A DNA stretch of 64,000 nucleotides from Candidatus Heimdallarchaeum aukensis (GTDB taxonomy: Archaea; Asgardarchaeota; Heimdallarchaeia; Heimdallarchaeales; Heimdallarchaeaceae), in assembly GCA_021513695.1 (NCBI GenBank), contig CP084166.1, positions 928,001 through 992,000 of the forward strand, given 5' to 3'. Positions 28,972-39,445 of this stretch are shown one piece after another. Position numbers and translations under genes: made by a program. The notes under the pieces are model-generated. The model was not told where the DNA came from and did no database searches. It saw only the letters and a program-made list of their open reading frames with translations. The stretch's first letter is position 1. Every line of letters begins with the position of its first letter.

Positions 28972-31900
28972 GTTTAAGCTGAACTAAGTAGTGTGAAAAT
29001 TTCTTTTGTTCTTTGGAGGAGGACAACCTTCAACGAGTTTAAGCTGAACTAAGTAGTGTGAAAATCAGTCTGGGTATATTTTATGCCCCTCAATATTTTG
29101 AGTTTAAGCTGAACTAAGTAGTGTGAAAATTGCTGGCTGGACTGGGCATAATTTCCAGAAATCTCTGTTTAAGCTGAACTAAGTAGTGTGAAAATAGTAA
29201 AATAGCTTTTATTTATTCCGTAGTAATATATGGTTTAAGCTGAACTAAGTAGTGTGAAAATCGCTATTGTAGTCGAGTTAGAAGATGGAGAGATTGAGTT
29301 TAAGCTGAACTAAGTAGTGTGAAAATAAATATATTGTGATGAATTGGATAAAAGAACTAAAAGTTTAAGCTGAACTAAGTAGTGTGAAAATAAACCAGAA
29401 GGAATGACTTTCATTCCTGCTACAGGTTTAAGCTGAACTAAGTAGTGTGAAAATTAATCAGAATAAAATGCTCATAATCATTGGTATAATAGTTTAAGCT
29501 GAACTAAGTAGTGTGAAAATGCAAAGCAATGAAAGGAGTGTTTTGTCTGGTGAGGTCGTTTAAGCTGAACTAAGTAGTGTGAAAATCAATCAGATTTGAG
29601 GGACAAAATAGTCCCGTTGGGACGTTTAAGCTGAACTAAGTAGTGTGAAAATACTGAAGAACAAGAAAAGAATATAAAAAGAACCAAGGTTTAAGCTGAA
29701 CTAAGTAGTGTGAAAATTAATATATCTATCGACTTGAACAAATTAGTTGAAGAGGGTTTAAGCTGAACTAAGTAGTGTGAAAATGGTAAATCCCCCAACA
29801 ATCCTGAAAGTGTTAAATTTGTTTAAGCTGAACTAAGTAGTGTGAAAATATTGTTCTTTTTTCAAATCATCTATTTTTTTTGCTCGTTTAAGCTGAACTA
29901 AGTAGTGTGAAAATTACAATTGACAGTAGTCACACACAAACCATTTAGGTGTTTAAGCTGAACTAAGTAGTGTGAAAATAAAATTCTTCGTGTGTCATAT
30001 AAAAGGCATCATCAGTTTAAGCTGAACTAAGTAGTGTGAAAATAGATCAGAGAGACTTGGGTAGAGTTAGTGAGATCTATGTTTAAGCTGAACTAAGTAG
30101 TGTGAAAATTACATATTTTTGAATAATTGAGACATGCATATGACGTTTAAGCTGAACTAAGTAGTGTGAAAATACAGCTCTCAACTGATAAGAGCGTTCT
30201 TTTTCATTGTTTAAGCTGAACTAAGTAGTGTGAAAATTTGTCAAAGTGTTTGTATAAGTGTCAATATAATCTGTTTAAGCTGAACTAAGTAGTGTGAAAA
30301 TATGTCTTTAGAGACTTGTTGAAGAGCAGGATTGTCAGGTTTAAGCTGAACTAAGTAGTGTGAAAATCAAGCATTTCTGCGATAACGACACCAGAACCAT
30401 TAAGTTTAAGCTGAACTAAGTAGTGTGAAAATTAAATGTGGTCGTGTATCGTTATATGGTGCTCTGAAATGTTTAAGCTGAACTAAGTAGTGTGAAAATA
30501 TATCTCCAGAGTGCCAAATTTCAACATTTGACACGTTTAAGCTGAACTAAGTAGTGTGAAAATCCAATTAATTAAGCCGCTGTTTCAAAAGGTGGTTCAG
30601 TTTAAGCTGAACTAAGTAGTGTGAAAATTTCGATGGATCCATAAAGGTAAATTAGGATCCCAAAAGTTTAAGCTGAACTAAGTAGTGTGAAAATAAAAAG
30701 CCAAGAGATGGATTGATGAACAAAAAAACCGTTTAAGCTGAACTAAGTAGTGTGAAAATCAGTCTGGATAGAGTTTGTGCCCATTAATATTCTGAATTGT
30801 TTAAGCTGAACTAAGTAGTGTGAAAATAGAGTAGGATTGTCAGATTGATCCATAAGGTATAGAAGTTTAAGCTGAACTAAGTAGTGTGAAAATGGTGACG
30901 CCACAAGCGAGGCATTCCCAAGCTCAATAGTTTAAGCTGAACTAAGTAGTGTGAAAATGGATTAAAAAATATGTCTCCTCTCGCTCGTTACGGGTTTAAG
31001 CTGAACTAAGTAGTGTGAAAATAATATCTTTAGATACCTGTTGAAGAGCGGAGTTGGTTTAAGCTGAACTAAGTAGTGTGAAAATCCAAAATTCTCGACT
31101 GCCTCTAAAGCAAATGAGAAAGTTTAAGCTGAACTAAGTAGTGTGAAAATTTTTTTTTCTGTCTGTTATTTCTTCTACTTCTTCTGTTTAAGCTGAACTA
31201 AGTAGTGTGAAAATTTATGATATGCGAACGTTTGCATGTTTGCGAATACAAGTTTAAGCTGAACTAAGTAGTGTGAAAATAGAAAACGTTTGGCTCGAAT
31301 GGATTGGTTTCTATGTCGTTTAAGCTGAACTAAGTAGTGTGAAAATTTGCTAAACCCGCCGCATAATCTTTTTTCTTTTATTTTGTTTAAGCTGAACTAA
31401 GTAGTGTGAAAATTAACCTGCAGAAATATCTTGTAAAATCTTGAATTCAACCTTGTTTAAGCTGAACTAAGTAGTGTGAAAATTAGTTTTGATTTGTAAA
31501 AGACGGATATCCACTTGTTGTGCTGTTTAAGCTGAACTAAGTAGTGTGAAAATATCAACACGTGGGTTTCTATCCAAATCTAATCCTCTGTTGTTTAAGC
31601 TGAACTAAGTAGTGTGAAAATAGCGATATAAAGAAGTTATCCTTTTCAGTATAATAAGGTTTAAGCTGAACTAAGTAGTGTGAAAATAAATTTCTAAAAA
31701 TATTGAAAGGTCAAAATCAAGATTGTTTAAGCTGAACTAAGTAGTGTGAAAATCTAACATGTGTAAGATTCATTGGGCCAATCCAAATTGTTTAAGCTGA
31801 ACTAAGTAGTGTGAAAATCTAAACACAATTTGCATGATGCCATGCTTGTTTTTTGTTTAAGCTGAACTAAGTAGTGTGAAAATGTTGGTTGTGTATAGTG

Positions 31901-33583
31901 TAAATAGATTTTTCTGATTGGGTTTAAGCTGAACTAAGTAGTGTGAAAATTTCTACTTCAAAGAATGAGCACCAATAGTTAAACCAGTTTAAGCTGAACT
32001 AAGTAGTGTGAAAATGCTTCATCTGCTAAAAGTTGTAGTTGTTCATAAAGGTTTAAGCTGAACTAAGTAGTGTGAAAATTGTGCTACATATATACACACC
32101 TATATCCTGTTTATCGTTTAAGCTGAACTAAGTAGTGTGAAAATATCCTGATAGGTGAGTCCTACAGGAGAAAGAAAAAGTTTAAGCTGAACTAAGTAGT
32201 GTGAAAATATCCTGATAGGTGAGTCCTACAGGAGAAAGAAAAAGTTTAAGCTGAACTAAGTAGTGTGAAAATCCCAATAGCATCCTCTTTTATCTGGGGC
32301 TTGGTTTATGTTTAAGCTGAACTAAGTAGTGTGAAAATCTGTGATTTCTGCGGAAATAAACATGTGACGGAAAGTTTAAGCTGAACTAAGTAGTGTGAAA
32401 ATGCAACTCTTTCCGTCCAGCGCACTAAAGCTGCTTTTGGGTTTAAGCTGAACTAAGTAGTGTGAAAATGTTTTTCATGGTAGCTTGCTACCAAAAATTT
32501 ACTTAAAAGTTTAAGCTGAACTAAGTAGTGTGAAAATGAGACTGTTAATAGCGAAGTCAGATTCCTCAAAAGGTGTTTAAGCTGAACTAAGTAGTGTGAA
32601 AATTTGTCTTTACACAGGGCATTCTCAGTTCTGGAGGAAGTTTAAGCTGAACTAAGTAGTGTGAAAATCACATAAACAAATTAGAAAGCGAAATAACCAC
32701 AGTTGTTTAAGCTGAACTAAGTAGTGTGAAAATCAATATTCTTCATCTTCTTCTAAATCATACAATAGCGTTTAAGCTGAACTAAGTAGTGTGAAAATAG
32801 AAAAGAGGAACCGTTGTTCTTAAAGGTAAAAATCGTTTAAGCTGAACTAAGTAGTGTGAAAATAAAGAGTATTGAACTCCTGGTTCAAAACTGATTTTGC
32901 AGTGTTTAAGCTGAACTAAGTAGTGTGAAAATTAATTGCTTTTTTGTCTGCATGACTTGGTAATTCAAAGTTTAAGCTGAACTAAGTAGTGTGAAAATTT
33001 CAAGGTGAGACCAACGATCCTGGTTACTTCGGTTGTTTAAGCTGAACTAAGTAGTGTGAAAATAATATGTAATTAAATAAGTTTTTATTGTGGTAAAATG
33101 TTTAAGCTGAACTAAGTAGTGTGAAAATACATTAAGAAAACGCTTACCATCTAAAGAAACAATCGTTTAAGCTGAACTAAGTAGTGTGAAAATTCATAAG
33201 TTGACCAATATTCAGAAATTACATAACGTTTAAGCTGAACTAAGTAGTGTGAAAATGAAAGCGTTTAGAATTGGTGGCGGTTCTGGTTGCAGGTTTAAGC
33301 TGAACTAAGTAGTGTGAAAATTACTGGGCAATGGAAAAAAGCTGTTGCCGCATTCAAGTTTAAGCTGAACTAAGTAGTGTGAAAATTAACTCACTCGCTC
33401 ACCCTCAGAGAGAGCCACAAACGTTTAAGCTGAACTAAGTAGTGTGAAAATTAATTTACGTCATGACTATGATGCGACCCCCAACGAGGTTTAAGCTGAA
33501 CTAAGTAGTGTGAAAATATTTGACTACTAGGTTTAGGTTTGAATATGAACCAGAGTTTAAGCTGAACTAAGTAGTGTGAAAAA
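28972..33583 (+). CRISPR. CRISPR array 2, about 71 repeats / 70 spacers (hand count), 29-bp repeat GTTTAAGCTGAACTAAGTAGTGTGAAAAT
   Basis: Regular units of about 65 bp. The last repeat ends ...GAAAAA, a single change at its final base. The length 4612 bp equals 71 x 29 plus 70 spacers averaging about 36.5 bp. Confidence 0.98.
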
Positions 33584-33606
33584 ATAGATTGCCGATTAAA
33601 TTTTCT

Positions 33607-34407
33607 TTATTTGTAGAACAAATGTGAAATTGAACAATAATATCTTTTCAATTCAATTAATTCTTTTTCACTTTGTAATTTATTTTTCTGCTTTTCTATT
33701 TCAGAAAAAACAAATTCTACATCCTCAACATCTGTAAGATCTAATATATTCATTATTGTTTCATTTACTATTCTATCCCAAACTGTTATTCTTTTTATGC
33801 ACTTGTTAAAGAAGTTGCTAATTGGATTTTGAAGATTAATCAATTTTCTTAATTCTATTAATGAAATTAATTGTTCATTCTCAAAATTCTTTAGATATCT
33901 TCTATTCATTTCTATTATAACTTCAATAATAGCTTTGATATTCTCTTCATTTATTTTATTTCCTCTTGATTCTTTTATTTTCGTCTTTTTATAAGAATTC
34001 ATCAGTAGATTAACCACAGTTACTAAATGTAAATCAAATTCCTGATTAATCGTTTCTTTTTTGTCTATTAACAAGTCTCTTGCTTTTAGGCCAAGCATCC
34101 AGGAAAAAAGTCCACTTAATTGTGAATTTACTAATAATTTACTATTTTCTTGTGATGTTTTAATTTCTCTAAGTTTGTCTTGATAGAAGGGATTAAACAT
34201 ACCAAAAACGTGAGATACAATCAAGTTGTCAATAAAGAAAGATTCAATTTGTTTTTTAATTTCTTTCTCTTCTGGATTTTTTGAACTTTTTTTCATCTTT
34301 TCAGCTATTTTTTTTAAATCAGTAAAATAGTCACATAATTTCTTATTTGAACTAGCCAAAAATTCGAAATCACTATTACCCATATCGTTAATATATCTCT
34401 TCAACAC
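33607..34407 (-). CDS. Hypothetical protein (266 aa, Lys/Glu-rich, no family recognised)
   Basis: Uninterrupted ORF ending 24 nt from the last repeat of array 2. Divergent from the 494-aa wHTH paralog. Confidence 0.5.
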   Translation of the reverse strand: MLKRYINDMGNSDFEFLASSNKKLCDYFTDLKKIAEKMKKSSKNPEEKEIKKQIESFFIDNLIVSHVFGMFNPFYQDKLREIKTSQENSKLLVNSQLSGLFSWMLGLKARDLLIDKKETINQEFDLHLVTVVNLLMNSYKKTKIKESRGNKINEENIKAIIEVIIEMNRRYLKNFENEQLISLIELRKLINLQNPISNFFNKCIKRITVWDRIVNETIMNILDLTDVEDVEFVFSEIEKQKNKLQSEKELIELKRYYCSISHLFYK

Positions 34408-34761
34408 ATCACATCCTGCCTAAAAGAAAGATTTCGTGTATTTCCTGTTTGTTTTAACTGTTTTGATTTAACAATAGGCTTTTTCGTGATCAGAGAATTT
34501 CTTATCATTTTTTTCACTTTAGGAATGATGATTAATATTGATTAATAGATTGAATCTTTTTTATCTTATATTTATTAGATTTTATTTTTCCTAAAAAGTT
34601 ATAAAATTCACACTAAAAATTATAACTTTGTGTTCTCTCTTTCCTGTTGTTAAATACACATTTTTGCTCCAAAGCGAATTATTTTATTCCAAACGGCTAG
34701 AAACAGAAGGTTAATTTCGTTTAAGAAAAGTTCTTAATAGGTTGAATTATTTAGTGTTTAG

Positions 34762-36246
34762 ATGGTTGATTTTGGTCTTATTGATCTTCAAGAAGCAATG
34801 AATGAAGCTGAGACCATATTAGGTGACAAATATACTTATTTTCAGTCATTAATTACAAAATATTCTGTAAAGCCAAGCAAGCCATTTTGGGATATAATTA
34901 TTTTTCTTACAGGTTTAAAGGTATACAAAGATACTGAACTATTTAACAAATGGATTAATTTTTGGAACAAGTATTCAGTATCAAGAAAATACAAGAACCT
35001 TATTTATCAGCCTTCTGCTTCTTTTTCTCCTTTCTTAACTGAAGAAGAAGCAGAAAAAAAGTTCACTAAACTGCTGAAAATGCTTTATAACCGCGATAGT
35101 GAACTTACCGAAGATCAACTTTGGACTTTATTTTTTTCTCTTTTTTATAAGCTTCGAAATGCAATTAAACCTAAATTCAGTAAGGTTGAATTTAGAGTAT
35201 TTCTAACTATTCTTAGCGAACAAACAACTATTCTTTCTACCCTCAACAAAAGTTTGATGATGGCAAAATCCAATCTTTCTGCATACATAAAAAGAATTAG
35301 AGAGAAAAAAGTTATTTTCGAAGGTTTTTTACTAAACCTAAGAAAATTTAACCTAAGTATTTTCTATTCAAGGATTAAATATCCTTTGTCATGTAATGAA
35401 AAAATTACTAAAATTATTCCTAGAGGAAAATTCTTAAGAAGAGTTTATGAGGGTCATATTGCATGTAATTATACTTTTCTGAGCTATTTAGCACCAAATT
35501 TAGATGAAATTAAAAAAGAATTTCTAAAAAACAAAAAAGAGATTTTGGAAGTTATTCCAAATGCTGAAATAGATTTTTTTAGAAGTGATAGAAATAGTAG
35601 ACTATATTCTTTCAATTACAGTAATTATGATTTCAAAAAGGGAAAATGGAATTTTGATATAGATGACATAAATTATAATTTATTTTGGCTTAATAATACA
35701 AAGAATAGCAAAACAGACAATTTAGTTAAGATAATTGAAAATTTTCCTTCTAACGAAGATTATGAACTAAAATTTGATAAAGAAACACTAGACATCCTAA
35801 GGTTTTTCTACTTAAATCCACAAAAGTCAGTTTCACAGATTATTGAAGAAATGGATGTAAGAGAAAGCAAAATAAGAAAAGCTATCAGTGACTTTGAAGA
35901 AAATCAAATTTTAAGAGCGAGAGTGAACCCTGCACCAGTATTTGGTTTGTCTAACATTATTCTCTATATTAAAGAGAAAAAAGACAAATTGAGAAAAATA
36001 CATGAAGAGCTTTCTTTTTTCCCAGAAGTTTATAGTGAACCTTTAGTTAATATCGAGACACAAGAGGAAGAGCTAATGATTATTGTAAGAGCTCCTGAAG
36101 CAATAACATTTCAAGTTGTAGAAGCTCTTTATCAAAAATATGAAAAAAAGATAGTGGGTTTATTCCTTATTGATCAAATGTACTCAACAAGGCAGGATCT
36201 TCCTCTAGAGAACTTTGATACTTTATTTAAGAGATGGAAAATATAA
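34762..36246 (+). CDS. 494-aa double winged-helix protein, paralog of 18047..19525
   Basis: Colinear matches to the 492-aa protein: ILGDKY/ILGSHF, KPFWDIIIF/TPAWDLICF, WINFWNKYS/WLNFWSEYS, IKPKFSKVEF/IKPSLTKAEF, NYSNYDFKKGKWNF/DYSKYDYKNKNWNY, LSFFPEVYSEP/LSLFPEVYSEP. Confidence 0.65.
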   Translation: MVDFGLIDLQEAMNEAETILGDKYTYFQSLITKYSVKPSKPFWDIIIFLTGLKVYKDTELFNKWINFWNKYSVSRKYKNLIYQPSASFSPFLTEEEAEKKFTKLLKMLYNRDSELTEDQLWTLFFSLFYKLRNAIKPKFSKVEFRVFLTILSEQTTILSTLNKSLMMAKSNLSAYIKRIREKKVIFEGFLLNLRKFNLSIFYSRIKYPLSCNEKITKIIPRGKFLRRVYEGHIACNYTFLSYLAPNLDEIKKEFLKNKKEILEVIPNAEIDFFRSDRNSRLYSFNYSNYDFKKGKWNFDIDDINYNLFWLNNTKNSKTDNLVKIIENFPSNEDYELKFDKETLDILRFFYLNPQKSVSQIIEEMDVRESKIRKAISDFEENQILRARVNPAPVFGLSNIILYIKEKKDKLRKIHEELSFFPEVYSEPLVNIETQEEELMIIVRAPEAITFQVVEALYQKYEKKIVGLFLIDQMYSTRQDLPLENFDTLFKRWKI

Positions 36247-36484
36247 TCCAAAAGTAAGATTATTTTGAACCATTTTTTAGGAATAAGAAAAAATGGTTAT
36301 AGATGTAAAAAAAATCGGTAGATGTATGAAATATACTTTTCACAAGTTTTGTGATGGAAAATATAGGTATCACATCATTTACTTGTAGATCATTTGTCAT
36401 ATTTACTTGGTTCCTAAATTAATAGAGTAAACATTCGTTGTTTTTTTATCCAAAAATTATAATAATGCTTTCTTTATTTTATAA

Positions 36485-37351
36485 GTGAAAAAAATGAGTG
36501 ATGATAATAATTTTTCTTCTGATTTAAATAATGCCGATAGTGATTTTCTTTTTTCTTCCTCTTCTTTTGAGTCAAACCTTATTAATGGTGAAAAGGTCTT
36601 TAACGATTTTCTTATTCCTTATCGAACTATTTCTTTTTTTGGTCTTGTAGTCTTGACTTTATCCTTTCTTTTGCCTTTGATAGTTATTTTAGTTGTTCAG
36701 TTTGGTACTGATTTTTCTAGAGCTGTTAAATACACTATTGATGTCATAATGGGTTTGTGGCTATTTTTCACTTTCTTGTTTTTCTTTTTCATTGGTTCAA
36801 GTAATCAACGACTTATTATTACTAACTTTCGTTTAATTTGCATTAGAGAGTATTTTCCTTTTTTCTTTAAGAAGTTTAGAATTCTCAAGGAATGTTCTAC
36901 TGATATTAATAGTGTTACTCTTGTTGAGCGCAAAAAGTTTTCTCGTCCTGAACCTTTTATGTTTTTCACTGGATTGTTGATGTTTTTTGTTAGTTTATTA
37001 CTTTTTATTTCTATTAAGATTGTTGAGCAGTTCAACATTTCTTCTTTCATTCAATATAAGAAAACCATTCTTATTAGTAGTTCAATACTTTTGATTCTTT
37101 CTTTTATGCTTATTATTTATGCTATATTCTTTTTCTCCAAGAATATTTACAAACTAGCTTTTTCCATTGGTCAAACTTATCCTCTACCGCCTGTTATTGA
37201 CAGATTATTTTCAAGGAGTTTGAAAGCTGGTTATTGGGTAATTTACGGTTGGGAAAAAGATTCAAAAAGGATGTATGAAGAAGCTCCTCAAATACTATTT
37301 TCTCTTAAATTTGATAAGCATCTTCAACAGAATAATTTGAAGGAGCATTAA
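36485..37351 (+). CDS. Integral membrane protein, unknown function
   Basis: 288 aa with several hydrophobic helices. The track start GTG lies inside an SD-like AGTGA; the probable start is ATG at 36494. Confidence 0.6.
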   Translation: MKKMSDDNNFSSDLNNADSDFLFSSSSFESNLINGEKVFNDFLIPYRTISFFGLVVLTLSFLLPLIVILVVQFGTDFSRAVKYTIDVIMGLWLFFTFLFFFFIGSSNQRLIITNFRLICIREYFPFFFKKFRILKECSTDINSVTLVERKKFSRPEPFMFFTGLLMFFVSLLLFISIKIVEQFNISSFIQYKKTILISSSILLILSFMLIIYAIFFFSKNIYKLAFSIGQTYPLPPVIDRLFSRSLKAGYWVIYGWEKDSKRMYEEAPQILFSLKFDKHLQQNNLKEH

Positions 37352-37789
37352 TTTTTTTTATTACTTTCAACAAGTGGGACTTTTTTAACTAACTTACTAG
37401 CATAATAATTTTTTACTAACTTATTTTTCACTTATAATTCTTATTCTTCTCCTTTTTCTTTACTTTTTTCTTTCTTTATCCTTCTTTATTAATTTCTGTT
37501 AGTACCGACAATTCTTTAACCACATTATTAATTTTAAAAAATGGAATATGAATTCTTAAGCTTCCAAAATGGATCTTTATTTAATGAGACTCACTGTTGT
37601 AGAAATTTAATTTAAAACTATGACTTTTGTACAGAAACTTTTTTTACGAAGTTTTGGGTGTACACCTATTGCTAAGTTTTTTCCTGTTTGCTTCTTACTT
37701 TGCTGTTTCTTTGATTGAATTATTCCTATGCTTTTAATTCCTATTGTTAAGGAGTAATAACAGGAGAAGCTCTTGCGTGAGGGAATAAG

Positions 37790-38053
37790 ATGTCACAAGC
37801 AAAATTTCGTATTTATTGGAAGTCCTATTATCCTGAACGCATTACAGAGGAGTACATCAAAGCTGATAATCCTTGTCACGCTTTACTCTTAATTCGTGAC
37901 AAGTTCTTTGCTGAACATTCTGACGATATTTATTGTGCTTATGTATTTAGTCTACAAGTGAGAAAGGAAGGTTGTTGGGCTGATTGGACTTCTGAGAATG
38001 GTTTAGACATTACTACTCTTGCTGAAGAATTAGAGCTATTTACTTACTCTTGA
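37790..38053 (+). CDS. Hypothetical small protein (87 aa)
   Basis: ORF with non-repetitive composition, preceded by GAGGGAATAAG. No family recognised. Confidence 0.4.
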   Translation: MSQAKFRIYWKSYYPERITEEYIKADNPCHALLLIRDKFFAEHSDDIYCAYVFSLQVRKEGCWADWTSENGLDITTLAEELELFTYS

Positions 38054-38198
38054 TCTTGGTTCTTGTGTTGACAAGTAAAATATTCATAATTGTGCTTTCT
38101 ATGATGACTGAATAAAGTCCGATTGATTGAATTCTTCGTTGCTATTAAAGTTCTTTGATTTTGTTTAATTTTCTTTTCTTTCTTTTTTCTTTTATTCT

Positions 38199-39230
38199 TT
38201 ATTTTTCTTTCTTTGCTTCGTCTTTTGCTCTGTTTTTTGTTTTTATTTTATTTGTTCGTTCTGTCTCTATTTCTTTTTCTTCTATTTTTTTACTTTTATC
38301 TAGTATAATTATTATTACTCCTGCTATTATTCCTATTCCTCCCAGAATGTAAGATAGTGTTATTGGTTCTTTTAGTATTATTGCGCCTAGTATTATTGCG
38401 AACACTGGTTCATCTAGTAGTAGTAATGAGCTTTTTGATGACTCTTGATATTTTGCTGAGATCATCAACAGTCCATATGGTATTACGCTTCCTGCTAGTG
38501 CGAATCCTATTCCTATTAGTATTATTTTTGTTTTCATTATATTTTCTATTTCCATTTTTGCTAACTCTTCTGGTAGGGGTAGTATTGAGAACATTATTAG
38601 TAGAGGTAGAGCTATAATTATTGCCCATGATATCACCCAAGCTATTGATAGGGAATAGGGAACGTTTTTTCTTTTTTCTGCGCTTGCTCTTCCTACTAAA
38701 AGGTAGAAAGCGTAGAACAGTCCATTTAGTATTGCTAGAGTTGTTCCAACTATTGATGACATAAATGACTCCCATTTCCACACTTCTGTCAATGTGATTA
38801 ATCCTGCTGTTGCTACTATTATTGCTAGTATTTTGCTTTTTGTTATCCTTTCTTTTAGGAATATCCTTCCCAGTATTAGTGTTATGAACGGGTGTATCTG
38901 TATTAGCAGTGCTGCTTCTCCTGCTGGTGTTCCTACTGCTATTGAACTTAGGTAAACAACTATCATCATTACGAAGATTAAACTTTGTAACAGGTATGTT
39001 TTCTGATTTGTTAGCTTAATCGAGTTCTTTACTTGTTCTTTGTTTTTCTTTAATGTGTAGAAAACTATTATTCCTAACCCAAATATCGAACCGAAGAATA
39101 TTCTTAGCAATGATTGTTCTATACTTGAAACATTCAGATCTCTTAATATTGCTGAGATTACTGGTATTGAACCAAAAAATAGTCCTGCTGTGATTGATGC
39201 TAAATATGAAAAATTAGTTTTTTTATCCAT
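38199..39230 (-). CDS. EamA/DMT-family transporter with Lys/Glu-rich C-terminal tail
   Basis: 343 aa with about 10 TM helices in two halves, typical of the EamA duplication. Confidence 0.8.
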   Translation of the reverse strand: MDKKTNFSYLASITAGLFFGSIPVISAILRDLNVSSIEQSLLRIFFGSIFGLGIIVFYTLKKNKEQVKNSIKLTNQKTYLLQSLIFVMMIVVYLSSIAVGTPAGEAALLIQIHPFITLILGRIFLKERITKSKILAIIVATAGLITLTEVWKWESFMSSIVGTTLAILNGLFYAFYLLVGRASAEKRKNVPYSLSIAWVISWAIIIALPLLIMFSILPLPEELAKMEIENIMKTKIILIGIGFALAGSVIPYGLLMISAKYQESSKSSLLLLDEPVFAIILGAIILKEPITLSYILGGIGIIAGVIIIILDKSKKIEEKEIETERTNKIKTKNRAKDEAKKEK

Positions 39231-39346
39231 TCTGGTTCGGGGTGTTTTTCTTTTTCACATTTATCAATCTTTACTCTTTCTCCATTCAATTTTCTATTAT
39301 TTATTCTTTCTTTTTTTCTCATTCTTTTCTGATTTTTACTATTTTT

Positions 39347-39396
39347 TCTATCAAACTTATCTATCAAACTTTTCTATCAAACTTTTCTATCATTTC
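39347..39396. repeat. 13-bp tandem repeat TCTATCAAACTT(A/T), about 3.8 copies, in the divergent EamA/HIT intergenic region
   Basis: Read directly: TCTATCAAACTTA TCTATCAAACTTT TCTATCAAACTTT TCTATCATTTC. Confidence 0.8.
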
Positions 39397-39445
39397 TTAT
39401 GCAGCTTTTTCATAATTTTCTTAAATTGAAATTTTTCTTTCTCAT

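Noticed and set aside
28360-29026. Minus-strand ORFs 28360..28647, 28550..28771 and 28781..29026, overlapping cas1/cas2, the leader and the first repeats of array 2.
   Set aside because: They run antisense to cas1/cas2, or through the leader and CRISPR repeats. These are not plausible genes.
10342-33583. An impression that array 2 spacers are more GC-rich than array 1 spacers, which would imply different invader pools.
   Set aside because: Hand counts on about a dozen spacers gave 19-58% GC in both arrays. The impression is not supportable without computing all spacers.
34600-34750. Repeat-like fragments upstream of the second wHTH gene: TTCACACTA at about 34607, and TTCGTTTAAG at about 34716, which resembles the leader-repeat junction. 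Similar GTTTAAAT/CTAAGTAG fragments occur at 19535-19650 upstream of the first copy.
   Set aside because: Only 9-10 nt match and the remainder aligns at about 50% in AT-rich DNA. This cannot be distinguished from chance by eye, though it would be worth a formal motif test if the wHTH proteins prove to bind repeats.
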